Counted from the stretch's first letter, positions 19,976 to 27,600 are shown. The stretch: DNA of 64,000 bases from an uncultured Bacteroidia bacterium (GCA_902791865.1 CADAXK010000001.1:128205-192204); one strand, 5' to 3'. Numbers and translations are program-made. The notes: a model not told the origin generated them from the letters alone.

Positions 19976-20788
19976 TTATCTATAGTTAATCATATAAACA
20001 TTGGTAGCTCCGTCCCTCTCGCGGCGCTCAATTATGCGACTAATATTTCCCGACCTGTCATATTCAAGCGACGCACTTGATATCTCCTCATTGTCGCTAT
20101 CGAAAACAGCCGTCTTCACCACCTTGTCGTTCTCATAAATGAAAATCTTTTTCTCCGCTACTCCTACTATATGCTTGCGAGTTATTTCTGACAAAATATC
20201 GTAATCGCCGACAATCTTTTCATGTGTCTGCACCCTTCTGAAAACCAATTCCTTCTGGTCGGTAGCAATCGTAGAAATCGAACCACTGCTAATAACTTTG
20301 CCAAGCGAATCGACTTCCGAAACGACTATGCTGTCGGATGTATGTTCAATGCGATAATGGTTTGTCACCGAAGATCCTATGTATGAAATTTGGCTTACTA
20401 GCAGATTTTTATCATTGTATTCATACAAAGTTCCACCAATCATCGTAGAATCTGCGGTAAAATTCACCTCCTCAAAAGGCAGATTGCGCGAATTATACTT
20501 TACAATTGTATACGAAGTCGGTCGATTTCCTCCGTTGAAATATATAATCTTTGATGGTTGACCATTTGAATTATAGAATGTTTCCGAAAAAAGCACCTTG
20601 GTTCGCGAAATGACATTATCCTTTACCGTAACCTTCCATGTCACCGATGAGTGGAAAGCATTTTTCTTTATGTTTTGTGAATAATTTTCGCATGAAACCG
20701 CATCTGATGCAGTAACAGGAATCCACACCTGACCACAACATAAAAATGAAATCAAAATCAAGCACAATGTAATGGCTAGCGATTTCAT
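19976..20788 (-). CDS. Hypothetical secreted protein or lipoprotein
   Basis: 270 aa with the signal MKSLAITLCLILISFLCCGQ. I recognise no family. Confidence 0.5.
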   Translation of the reverse strand: MKSLAITLCLILISFLCCGQVWIPVTASDAVSCENYSQNIKKNAFHSSVTWKVTVKDNVISRTKVLFSETFYNSNGQPSKIIYFNGGNRPTSYTIVKYNSRNLPFEEVNFTADSTMIGGTLYEYNDKNLLVSQISYIGSSVTNHYRIEHTSDSIVVSEVDSLGKVISSGSISTIATDQKELVFRRVQTHEKIVGDYDILSEITRKHIVGVAEKKIFIYENDKVVKTAVFDSDNEEISSASLEYDRSGNISRIIERRERDGATNVYMINYR

Positions 20789-20794
20789 GCAATG

Positions 20795-21745
20795 TTACTT
20801 CTTGAACAATGAATCAACAAATTCGCGCTTGTCGAACATCTGAAGATCGTCAATACCTTCTCCGACACCTATATATTTAATTGGAATCTTGAACTGGTCG
20901 GAAATACCGATAACGACACCGCCCTTTGCTGTTCCATCGAGCTTAGTGACTGCCATCGAGTTTATTTCGGTAGCCTTCATGAATTGCTTTGCCTGTTCGT
21001 AGGCATTCTGACCAGTAGAGCCATCAAGAACAAGCAGAATTTCGTGCGGTGCATCAGGAACAAGTTTCTGCATCACGCGCTTAATCTTCGACAGCTCGTT
21101 CATAAGGTTTATCTTATTGTGCAAACGGCCTGCAGTATCAATCAGCACAACATCTGCACCCGACTTCTTTGCCGATGCCAAAGTGTCGTATGCCACCGAT
21201 GCGGGGTCGGAACCCATATCCTGACGGATCATGTGTACACCTACCCTATCGGCCCACACCTGAAGCTGGTCGATTGCAGCGGCACGGAAAGTATCGGCAG
21301 CTCCGATATATACCTTTTTGCCCGCCTTCTTGAAATTGTTTGCAAGTTTCCCGATTGTCGTAGTCTTTCCTACACCATTCACACCTACAACCATAATAAC
21401 ATAGGGAGAACCATCAGGCGTGGTAAAATCGGGATTCTTCATGTCGGGACCATCTTCGAGCAACGATGCAATCGTAGAACGCAGAAGCTCGTTCAGTTCG
21501 TCGGTTCCGACATACTTTTCAGTCTTAACCCTTTCCTGTATCATGTCGATTATCTTTACTGTAGTATCGACACCCACATCAGAAGAGATTAAGATTTCTT
21601 CTAGTTCGTCAAGCACATCGTCATCAACCTTCGATTTGCTGAATATAAGACGACTAATTTTAGAAAACAAACCAGTACGGGTTTTTTCCAATCCGCTGTC
21701 CAATTTTTCTTTCTTTTCTTTTCCGAACAAACCGAAGAATGCCAT
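20795..21745 (-). CDS. ftsY: Signal recognition particle receptor FtsY
   Basis: SRP GTPase motifs are present: GVNGVGKTTTIGKLA, DTAGRL and TKLDGTAKGG. Confidence 0.9.
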   Translation of the reverse strand: MAFFGLFGKEKKEKLDSGLEKTRTGLFSKISRLIFSKSKVDDDVLDELEEILISSDVGVDTTVKIIDMIQERVKTEKYVGTDELNELLRSTIASLLEDGPDMKNPDFTTPDGSPYVIMVVGVNGVGKTTTIGKLANNFKKAGKKVYIGAADTFRAAAIDQLQVWADRVGVHMIRQDMGSDPASVAYDTLASAKKSGADVVLIDTAGRLHNKINLMNELSKIKRVMQKLVPDAPHEILLVLDGSTGQNAYEQAKQFMKATEINSMAVTKLDGTAKGGVVIGISDQFKIPIKYIGVGEGIDDLQMFDKREFVDSLFKK

Positions 21746-21771
21746 AACGAAACTATTTACTTAAATAAAAC

Positions 21772-21809
21772 AACAAAAAGCACCTGTCATAATTATGAGC
21801 GGCAGGTGC
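21772..21809 (-). terminator. Hairpin plus U-run after the DUF4295 gene (possible partial terminator before ftsY)
   Basis: On the minus strand: GCACCTG-16 nt-CAGGTGC followed by TTTTTGTTGTTTT. Confidence 0.4.
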
Positions 21810-21832
21810 TATAATGTTGATAGATTAAACTT

Positions 21833-21985
21833 CTATTTCTTAAAGAAATCCTTTGACAAATCCTTGTCCAGGATAGCCGACTTGAACTGGTATGCGCCAG
21901 TTTCAGGATTCTTAACCATCTTTATGCACTTAACGAAGACCTGTCCGCCTTCTTTCTTAAGTGTTGCAACAACTTTCTTTGCCAT
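21833..21985 (-). CDS. Small conserved protein (DUF4295-like), 50 aa
   Basis: Below the 60-aa cutoff of the ORF track. Own translation gives MAKKVVATLKKEGGQVFVKCIKMVKNPETGAYQFKSAILDKDLSKDFFKK. The rpmB-rpmG-DUF4295-ftsY order is the usual Bacteroidota arrangement. Confidence 0.7.
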   Translation of the reverse strand: MAKKVVATLKKEGGQVFVKCIKMVKNPETGAYQFKSAILDKDLSKDFFKK

Positions 21986-21993
21986 AACCTAAA

Positions 21994-22182
21994 CTATTTA
22001 ATTTCTCTGTGAATTGTAACCTTCTTCAAAATCGGGTTGTATTTCTTCATCTCCAGTCTATCAGGAGTATTTTTTCTGTTCTTGGTAGTTATGTACCTTG
22101 AAGTACCAGGAAGTCCTGACTCCTTATGCTCTGTACATTCAAGTATTACCTGTACGCGATTTCCTTTACTTTTCTTTGCCAT
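21994..22182 (-). CDS. rpmG: 50S ribosomal protein L33
   Basis: 62 aa, [20 protein letters not shown]...[21 protein letters not shown]. Confidence 0.95.
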   Translation of the reverse strand: MAKKSKGNRVQVILECTEHKESGLPGTSRYITTKNRKNTPDRLEMKKYNPILKKVTIHREIK

Positions 22183-22203
22183 TTTTAATCCTCCCGACTA
22201 AAA

Positions 22204-22440
22204 CTATTTAACATAACCTTTCTTTTCGGCATCCTTGAGAGCAGCCTTAAGACCTTTCTTTGCGATAGTTCTCATTGCCGATGTTGTGAGTCTCATTTCA
22301 ACCCACTTGCCTGATTCTTCGTCAAAGATTCTCTTTGTCTTCAAGTTAATATCGAAAATCCTTTTCGTTCTGCGCCTCGAGTGAGATACATTGTTTCCCA
22401 CCATTGCCGTTTTTCCTGTAATTTGACAAACTCGTGCCAT
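22204..22440 (-). CDS. rpmB: 50S ribosomal protein L28
   Basis: 78 aa, MARVCQITGKTAMVGNNVSHSRRRTKR. Confidence 0.95.
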   Translation of the reverse strand: MARVCQITGKTAMVGNNVSHSRRRTKRIFDINLKTKRIFDEESGKWVEMRLTTSAMRTIAKKGLKAALKDAEKKGYVK

Positions 22441-22686
22441 AACTCTTTTATATTATTTCTCTTTAAAATTTCGGACTGCAAAAGTCGCACTTTTTTGACA
22501 TTCTAACAAATTTTTTCTAAAGTTTTTAAATATTTTTATCAACAAAAAGAACAACACACTGACAATCAACATTATAACTCCATTACACACATATATATTT
22601 AACGATTAGCAAAAAATTTGGCACGATTTTTCTTGGCACATTAAGTTAATTAAAGTTATTTTGCATCATTAAAAACATAAACGAAA

Positions 22687-24975
22687 ATGGAAAAAACTAT
22701 TTCGACCATTGCATTGGTACTTGTAGTATTACTCGGATTTGCACAGAACAAATCCAAACAAATGTCCTTGCCTCCCAGCTTTACGCACAAGACAAGCAAC
22801 GAGGGAATCGACCACATCAAGGTATACCCTCCGTCAGCTGAGATGATTGCAACCGAAGATGCAGAGGATGAGAAAAACGGCACATTTTTGAAAATCGCAA
22901 GACTGATGCCCGTAAACACAACAATAAAAAATTCTGGTAACTGGGAAACTCTTGACAACGGTCAACTCATTTGGAGACTCCGTTTCTCAAGTGAAGGTGC
23001 AAAGGCATCGGCTTTGTATTTCGACAAGTTCGACATTCCTGCAGGAGCTGCGGTATATGTTTACACAAGTGATAGAAAAATTGTTGACGGACCATATTTC
23101 CGTAGCGACAATCCAGATGGAGACGAATATATGATCGGCAACATAATAGGCAATGACATTACCATAGAGTATGTAGCTCCAATGACCAAATCGATAGATG
23201 GTTCTGTTTCATACGACAACACCATACCTATTATAAATATAGGTGAATACGGCTATGTTTATCGCGACGAAGGTGCTTTTGCAAGGGGAACCCGCGCAGG
23301 TACGGGCTTTGGCTCTTCCGAAAGTTGCGAGGTCAACGTCAACTGTTCGGTAGGTGCCGACTGGAGAATACAGCAGCGCGGTGTGGCAAGAATATATGTT
23401 GTCGAGGGATGGAGTGGTGGATACTGTACGGGTACGCTCATCAACAATACAAGCAACGATGGAACTCCATATTTTCTCACGGCAAACCACTGCGGACCAA
23501 ATGCCACAGCATCAAACTTCAACCAGTGGAAGTTCCGCTTCAACTACGAAGCATCGGGTTGCTCAAATCCTGCATCTGAGTCTTCAATCAACTACACCGA
23601 CTATGTAGGTTGCACTAAGGTTGCCGAAGGTGCAAAAAATGGTGGTTCGGACTTCTTCCTGCTTAAACTGAAAAACTTCACCAAGCAGAATGCTATAGAA
23701 ATAGGCGCAATATACAACGGGTGGGACAGAAGCACGACGGTTCCTTCTGGTGGCGGTGCCGGAATACACCATCCATCGGGCGACATTAAGAAAATATCAT
23801 TCTTTACATCGTCACCATCTACGGCGACTTACAATGGCGGCGACGATATGACAGGCGCTTCAAACGCACATTGGAAAGTGGTATGGCACAACAACAACAG
23901 CGACAAGACTGGCGTTACGGAAGGTGGCTCGTCAGGTTCTCCGATATTCAATTCCGATGGTAGGGTCTTCGGTACATTGAGCGGCGGTGCTTCATCGTGC
24001 TCGGCTTCTTCGTTCTCCAGATACGACTTGTACGGAAAAATGTCGTTCCACTGGGACAACTCAGCAAACGGAAGCACCAATGCATACAAGTTGAAACCAT
24101 GGCTCGACCCGACAAACAGCGGTGCAACAACATGCGACTACTACGACCCTGCAAATCCAGGCGGAGTCACACCTCCATCACCTTCAAATATCTTTACTTA
24201 CGACTTTGAATCTTGCTCCGCATGGGCTGTCGATGCCTTCTCTCCATGCACAACATGGGATGGAGACGGCAACGCAACATACGGAATAGATGGCGTTAGC
24301 TTTACAAATTCTGGCTACACAGGTTCGTATATTGCCTTCCAGAACGGCACCGCTAACGGATTTACCGCCCACGGAGGAACAAAGTTTGGATGCTGCATGG
24401 CCGCAACAACTCCTCCAAATAACGACTGGTTCATAATTCCTCAAATAAACATAACAAACGGAATGAAATTCTCGTTCTGGGCACGTTCGGCAAATGACAC
24501 TTACGGACTAGAACAATTCCGCGTAGCAATATCATCAGACGATGAAAATTATACTTTCATTGATGGTAACACAACATCAACAAGCACCTCGGCTCCTGTA
24601 CAATGGACTCAGTTCACATACGATCTTTCACAATATGCAGGACAGACAATGTACCTTGCAATTATTTGCGTATCAAGCGATGTATTTGCATTCTTCATCG
24701 ATGACATTGCTGTTGGCACAAATGCTGGCACTGAAACATTTGATGCTGACAATATTAACATATTCCCGAACCCTGCAAAGGACAATGTAACAGTAAGCCT
24801 ACCAGAAGACAACGCAAGAATCGACATTGTAAATGTCCTTGGACAAATCGTAAAGACCGTTAACACAACATCTGCAAACGAAACAATTTCGCTCGAAGGA
24901 ATGGAAAGAGGCATGTATTTCTTCAGCATCAAGTTACAAGACAAGACGATAACAAAGAAAGTTATTGTTGAATAA
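22687..24975 (+). CDS. Secreted S1-family (trypsin / lysyl-endopeptidase-like) serine peptidase with a MAM / choice-of-anchor-J-like domain and a T9SS C-terminal sorting domain
   Basis: Signal peptide. The catalytic His context is FLTANHC and the catalytic Ser context is TEGGSSGSPIF. The C-terminal INIFPNPAKDNVTVSL...GMYFFSIKL...KKVIVE is a type-A T9SS CTD. Confidence 0.7.
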   Translation: MEKTISTIALVLVVLLGFAQNKSKQMSLPPSFTHKTSNEGIDHIKVYPPSAEMIATEDAEDEKNGTFLKIARLMPVNTTIKNSGNWETLDNGQLIWRLRFSSEGAKASALYFDKFDIPAGAAVYVYTSDRKIVDGPYFRSDNPDGDEYMIGNIIGNDITIEYVAPMTKSIDGSVSYDNTIPIINIGEYGYVYRDEGAFARGTRAGTGFGSSESCEVNVNCSVGADWRIQQRGVARIYVVEGWSGGYCTGTLINNTSNDGTPYFLTANHCGPNATASNFNQWKFRFNYEASGCSNPASESSINYTDYVGCTKVAEGAKNGGSDFFLLKLKNFTKQNAIEIGAIYNGWDRSTTVPSGGGAGIHHPSGDIKKISFFTSSPSTATYNGGDDMTGASNAHWKVVWHNNNSDKTGVTEGGSSGSPIFNSDGRVFGTLSGGASSCSASSFSRYDLYGKMSFHWDNSANGSTNAYKLKPWLDPTNSGATTCDYYDPANPGGVTPPSPSNIFTYDFESCSAWAVDAFSPCTTWDGDGNATYGIDGVSFTNSGYTGSYIAFQNGTANGFTAHGGTKFGCCMAATTPPNNDWFIIPQINITNGMKFSFWARSANDTYGLEQFRVAISSDDENYTFIDGNTTSTSTSAPVQWTQFTYDLSQYAGQTMYLAIICVSSDVFAFFIDDIAVGTNAGTETFDADNINIFPNPAKDNVTVSLPEDNARIDIVNVLGQIVKTVNTTSANETISLEGMERGMYFFSIKLQDKTITKKVIVE

Positions 24976-24994
24976 CAAATACTATGACTAAAAA

Positions 24995-25028
24995 AATCCT
25001 CGTATCGGTTTCGATGCGAGGATTTTTT
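24995..25028 (+). terminator. Rho-independent terminator after the S1-like peptidase gene
   Basis: AATCCTCG-T-ATCG-GTTT-CGAT-G-CGAGGATT followed by TTTTAT. Confidence 0.7.
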
Positions 25029-25105
25029 ATCATTATTAATTGTCCTTTATTCATTATCAATTATCCATTATCAATTGTTCATTGTCAATTATCCATTGTT
25101 AACTA
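25029..25105. repeat. Degenerate 7-bp tandem array (TYMATTR x about 11)
   Basis: The sequence reads atcatta ttaattg tccttta ttcatta tcaatta tccatta tcaattg ttcattg tcaatta tccattg ttaacta. It abuts the -7 box of the DUF2851 gene. Confidence 0.85.
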
Positions 25106-25111
25106 TATTTG
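25104..25111 (+). promoter_or_regulatory. -7 promoter box (TATATTTG) for the DUF2851 gene
   Basis: Exact TAnnTTTG match, 18 nt upstream of the ATG at 25129. Confidence 0.5.
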
Positions 25112-25128
25112 CACAAAACAACATTGCC

Positions 25129-26427
25129 ATGCACGAGGATTTTCTACATTTCATATACAAGAACCACCTTTGGATTGAAGGCACCGAACAGCTCACCGAC
25201 AATACACCTTTCGAGATAATCGACATAGGTCAGCATAACCACGATTCTGGTCCCGATTTTTTCAACGCTAAAATCAAAATTGACGGAATAATATGGGTTG
25301 GCAATGTGGAAATCCACGTCAATGCATCCGACTGGCACAAGCATCACCACGATGGCGACCACGCCTACGACAATGTCATACTGCACATCGTCTATAACTA
25401 CGACTGCGAAATAACACTGCAGAACGGACGCAGCTTGCCGACTTGGGAAATTTCGTTTCCGCAGACCATATTCAACCGTTATTCCGACTTCAAGCTAAAC
25501 GAAAAGCCAATTGCCTGCGCCGACTACATTGACCTCGTGGATGACATACATATTGCCATGTGGATGGAAAAGATGGCTGTCGAAAGGCTCGAATACAAGT
25601 CGGAACACATAAGCGAAATTTTACAACACACCAACGGCAACTGGAACGAAACGCTATACATTGTCATCGCAAGAAATTTCGGATTCGGCACAAATGCATT
25701 ACCATTCGAGATGCTTGCAATGCAAACGCCACTCAACGTAATGCTTCACAATGCTGACAATCTGTTTGCTCTCGAGGCAATAACATTCGGTCAGGCAGGA
25801 ATACTAAATGGTCAACCCAAAGACGAATACACTCGAAAACTTGCCGACGAATACTCTTTCCAGAAAGCGAAATACAACTTGTCGCCAATTGCCGAATCGC
25901 TGTGGAAACGCTCTAAGATGCATCCGACAAATTTCCCAGAAACTCGCCTTGCTCAGTTTGCCGCTCTAATGCAGAATTTCCAAATCCTCATCGATGACAT
26001 ACTGAACGGCAAGTTCAATCCAAATTTTTTCGACAAACTAAAAACTTCCGAGTACTGGGAAACTCACTTTTCGCTTGGAGAAACCTCATCGAAACACAAA
26101 GCTACTAAACTTGGTCTGCAAGCAATAGACACAATCATGATTAACACCGTGATACCATTTTCGTACATCTACGGCAAGACCACAAACCCCAATTTCGACA
26201 GCGAAAAAATCATTGACATGCTACACGCTACCAAAGCCGAAAGCAACAGGGAAACAAGAGCATTCACCGACATAAACAAAATAAAGTGCGAATCTGCCTT
26301 CGACTCACAGGCTCTGCTTAACCTCAAAAAGAACTACTGCGACCATAAACGCTGCCTGAATTGCAATATCGGATTCCAGATAATGAAAAAGGTTTCGAGT
26401 TTAACTATGGCAGAATCTCGTTTCTAG
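25129..26427 (+). CDS. DUF2851-family protein
   Basis: MHEDFLHFIYKNHLW...GPDFFNAKIKIDGIIWVGNVEIHVNASDWHKHHHDGDHAYDNVILHIV matches my memory of DUF2851. The start is moved from the track start at 25075, which lies in the repeat/promoter region. Confidence 0.7.
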   Translation: MHEDFLHFIYKNHLWIEGTEQLTDNTPFEIIDIGQHNHDSGPDFFNAKIKIDGIIWVGNVEIHVNASDWHKHHHDGDHAYDNVILHIVYNYDCEITLQNGRSLPTWEISFPQTIFNRYSDFKLNEKPIACADYIDLVDDIHIAMWMEKMAVERLEYKSEHISEILQHTNGNWNETLYIVIARNFGFGTNALPFEMLAMQTPLNVMLHNADNLFALEAITFGQAGILNGQPKDEYTRKLADEYSFQKAKYNLSPIAESLWKRSKMHPTNFPETRLAQFAALMQNFQILIDDILNGKFNPNFFDKLKTSEYWETHFSLGETSSKHKATKLGLQAIDTIMINTVIPFSYIYGKTTNPNFDSEKIIDMLHATKAESNRETRAFTDINKIKCESAFDSQALLNLKKNYCDHKRCLNCNIGFQIMKKVSSLTMAESRF

Positions 26428-26459
26428 CCGTTTGATTTTGTTCAAAAAAAAAACATGTT

Positions 26460-26566
26460 GTCTGGATTTGCTATCCAGACAGCGTGAATATAAGGATTTA
26501 TAATCCGCTTATGTCTGCGCATTACAAATGCTGATACTCGCATGTGTCGGATTACAAATCCGACAC
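26460..26566 (+). other. Array of four related small stem-loops (GGAT..ATCC / GCAT..ATGC with ATTACAAAT loops)
   Basis: h1 is 26460-26480, GTCTGGAT-ttgct-ATCCAGAC. h2 is 26494-26506, GGATT-tat-AATCC. h3 is 26519-26531, GCAT-tacaa-ATGC. h4 is 26544-26566, GTGTCGGAT-tacaa-ATCCGACAC. A T-run follows at 26580-26586. Confidence 0.45.
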
Positions 26567-26618
26567 AACAAAGGGATGTCTTTTTTGCAAATCAAATATT
26601 TTCTATTACTTTTGCATC

Positions 26619-26704
26619 GGCGCGATGAATTAATCAAGCCGTCACCTAGACCCTCCCTTGTGGAGGGTTTAGCCCTTTTATATGGTGGTGCGAAGCATTT
26701 TTTT
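26619..26704 (+). ncRNA. Candidate small RNA, family A copy 1 (unclassified)
   Basis: The -7 box TACTTTTG lies at 26607-26614. An 11-bp hairpin CTAGACCCTCC-cttgt-GGAGGGTTTAG is present, and the T7 run is at 26698-26704. No ORF is present. The paralog at 27477-27565 carries a compensatory C:G to A:T change in the stem. The ends are estimates. Confidence 0.5.
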
Positions 26705-26740
26705 GCTTGCAATTTTAATATTTCCACTATTTTTGTGACA

Positions 26741-26794
26741 CAAATAACTTGCTGAGGTCACTGACGTCGGCTGCTCTCTTAGGAGGGCGTTTTT
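26741..26794 (+). ncRNA. Candidate small RNA, unit B (unclassified)
   Basis: The -7 box TATTTTTG lies at 26728-26735. The terminator is GCTCTC-ttag-GAGGGC followed by GTTTTT. No ORF is present. Confidence 0.4.
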
Positions 26795-26861
26795 ATAGAA
26801 TATGATTTATGAAATGGATTCTTTTTGTTATGCCACTTGCGATGAAAATTGAAAAGGAGAA

Positions 26862-27044
26862 ATGCAATGCTCAATTATGAACCGCCTGATATTTTACATA
26901 GTTGCAGATACGATAATTGCCATTTTGGCAGCTTGCCTTTTCAACGATTCCATTATAACAGACATTATCTTGATTATATTTATTTTAGGAGAAGTCGGCA
27001 TTGAGTTACTTTTGTGGTTAATCCGAAAAATTCTCGGATTCTGA
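26862..27044 (+). CDS. Possible small hydrophobic (two-TM) protein, 60 aa
   Basis: The ORF reads MQCSIMNRLIFYIVADTIIAILAACLFNDSIITDIILIIFILGEVGIELLLWLIRKILGF and is preceded by AAAAGGAGAAATG. I see no recognisable -7 box and recognise no family. It could be a chance ORF in AT-rich DNA. Confidence 0.25.
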   Translation: MQCSIMNRLIFYIVADTIIAILAACLFNDSIITDIILIIFILGEVGIELLLWLIRKILGF

Positions 27045-27066
27045 AAAAATTCCATAACTTCGCAGT

Positions 27067-27146
27067 TGTAAATCTGATTACAGAATGTGGAGGCGTTGTG
27101 CGTTTGTGCGCCGTGGCTTCCCTTCTGTTTTCAGATTTTCTTTTTT
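27067..27146 (+). ncRNA. Candidate small RNA, unit E (long hairpin plus U tail)
   Basis: A near-consensus -7 box TAACTTCG lies at 27055-27062. An extended hairpin is closed by AATCTGA (27071-27077) and TCAGATT (27131-27137), with inner CAGAA/TTCTG and GGCG/CGCC pairs. TTCTTTTTT follows. Confidence 0.4.
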
Positions 27147-27195
27147 AATTACAAATCATACATGAAATTCATAAATTTTCACTACTTTTGCCCTG

Positions 27196-27276
27196 CTTTC
27201 CGTTAAGGATTGTCGATGGTGGCGCGATAACTTCAAGCAGTGCCGGGTCGGTGGGGTAACGTCCACCGTTTTTTTT
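27196..27276 (+). ncRNA. Candidate small RNA, family D copy 1 (unclassified)
   Basis: The -7 box TACTTTTG lies at 27183-27190. The stem is CTGCTT...AAGCAG, and the terminator is CGGTGG-ggtaacgt-CCACCG plus T8. A near-identical copy lies 170 bp downstream. Confidence 0.5.
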
Positions 27277-27332
27277 GTCATTCTTGCACACGTCTGATAG
27301 TTTGCGGGCGGCTATACAAGAATGACTTTTTT
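27277..27332 (+). terminator. Strong hairpin plus T-run directly after D1 (second terminator or separate structured element, unit F)
   Basis: GTCATTCTTG-30 nt loop-CAAGAATGAC (10 bp perfect) followed by TTTTTT. It has no -7 box of its own. Confidence 0.45.
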
Positions 27333-27365
27333 GTCAATCAATTTTTTTTCACTACTTTTGCCCTG

Positions 27366-27444
27366 CTTTCCATTAAGGATTGTCGATGGCGGCGCGATAA
27401 CTTCAAGCAGTGCCGGGATGGTGGGGTAACGCCCACTTTTTTTT
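27366..27444 (+). ncRNA. Candidate small RNA, family D copy 2
   Basis: The -7 box TACTTTTG lies at 27353-27360. The body matches D1 with a few substitutions. The terminator stem is re-registered as GTGGG-gtaacg-CCCAC plus T8. Confidence 0.5.
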
Positions 27445-27476
27445 GTCATTCAAATAATTATTAATACTTTTGCATC

Positions 27477-27565
27477 GGCGCGTTGAGTAATAACAAGCCG
27501 TCACCTAGACCATCCCTTGTGGATGGTTTAGGCCTTTTATATGGTGGTGCACAAAACATTTTTTT
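27477..27565 (+). ncRNA. Candidate small RNA, family A copy 2
   Basis: The -7 box TACTTTTG lies at 27465-27472. The hairpin is CTAGACCATCC-cttgt-GGATGGTTTAG and the T7 run is at 27559-27565. Confidence 0.5.
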
Positions 27566-27600
27566 GCTTGCAATTATAACATTTTCACTACTTTTGCAGT

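Noticed and set aside
20984-21592. Long antisense or overlapping ORFs inside well-supported genes: 20984-21592 (ftsY), 30323-30874 and 30537-30956 (rocD), 12712-13200 (hydrolase), 28503-29033 (C69), 41726-42187 (epimerase), 47723-48220 (ybeY), 47041-47559 and 46087-46539 (nucleoside hydrolase), and 44171-44644 (cstA).
   Set aside because: Each lies fully within a gene on the opposite strand that carries diagnostic motifs. None has promoter context or recognisable domains.
26509-26727. The minus-strand ORFs 26509-26727 (72 aa) and 27461-27652 (63 aa) share the peptide APPYKR(A/P)KPSTR(E/D)GLGDGL.
   Set aside because: The shared peptide is the reverse complement of the duplicated family-A RNA hairpin. 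The ORFs run against all seven -7 boxes, have no promoter or start context of their own, and diverge completely outside the duplicated segment. The compensatory C:G to A:T change is better explained by RNA structure. Not fully excluded without expression data.
27196-27276. Family D was considered as a fluoride (crcB) riboswitch or an SRP RNA. GTCGATGGTGGCGCGATAAC loosely resembles the GGCGAUGG..CGCC.AUAAAC start of the crcB motif, and AAGCAG recalls SRP domain IV.
   Set aside because: The P1 pairing of the crcB motif cannot form, and the conserved CUGAUGA..CCUAC 3' half is absent. No gene follows either copy. The GGTGG/CCACC anti-terminator-like pairing seen in D1 is not preserved in D2. The SRP hallmark GGAAGCAGCC is absent, and two tandem SRP genes would be implausible.
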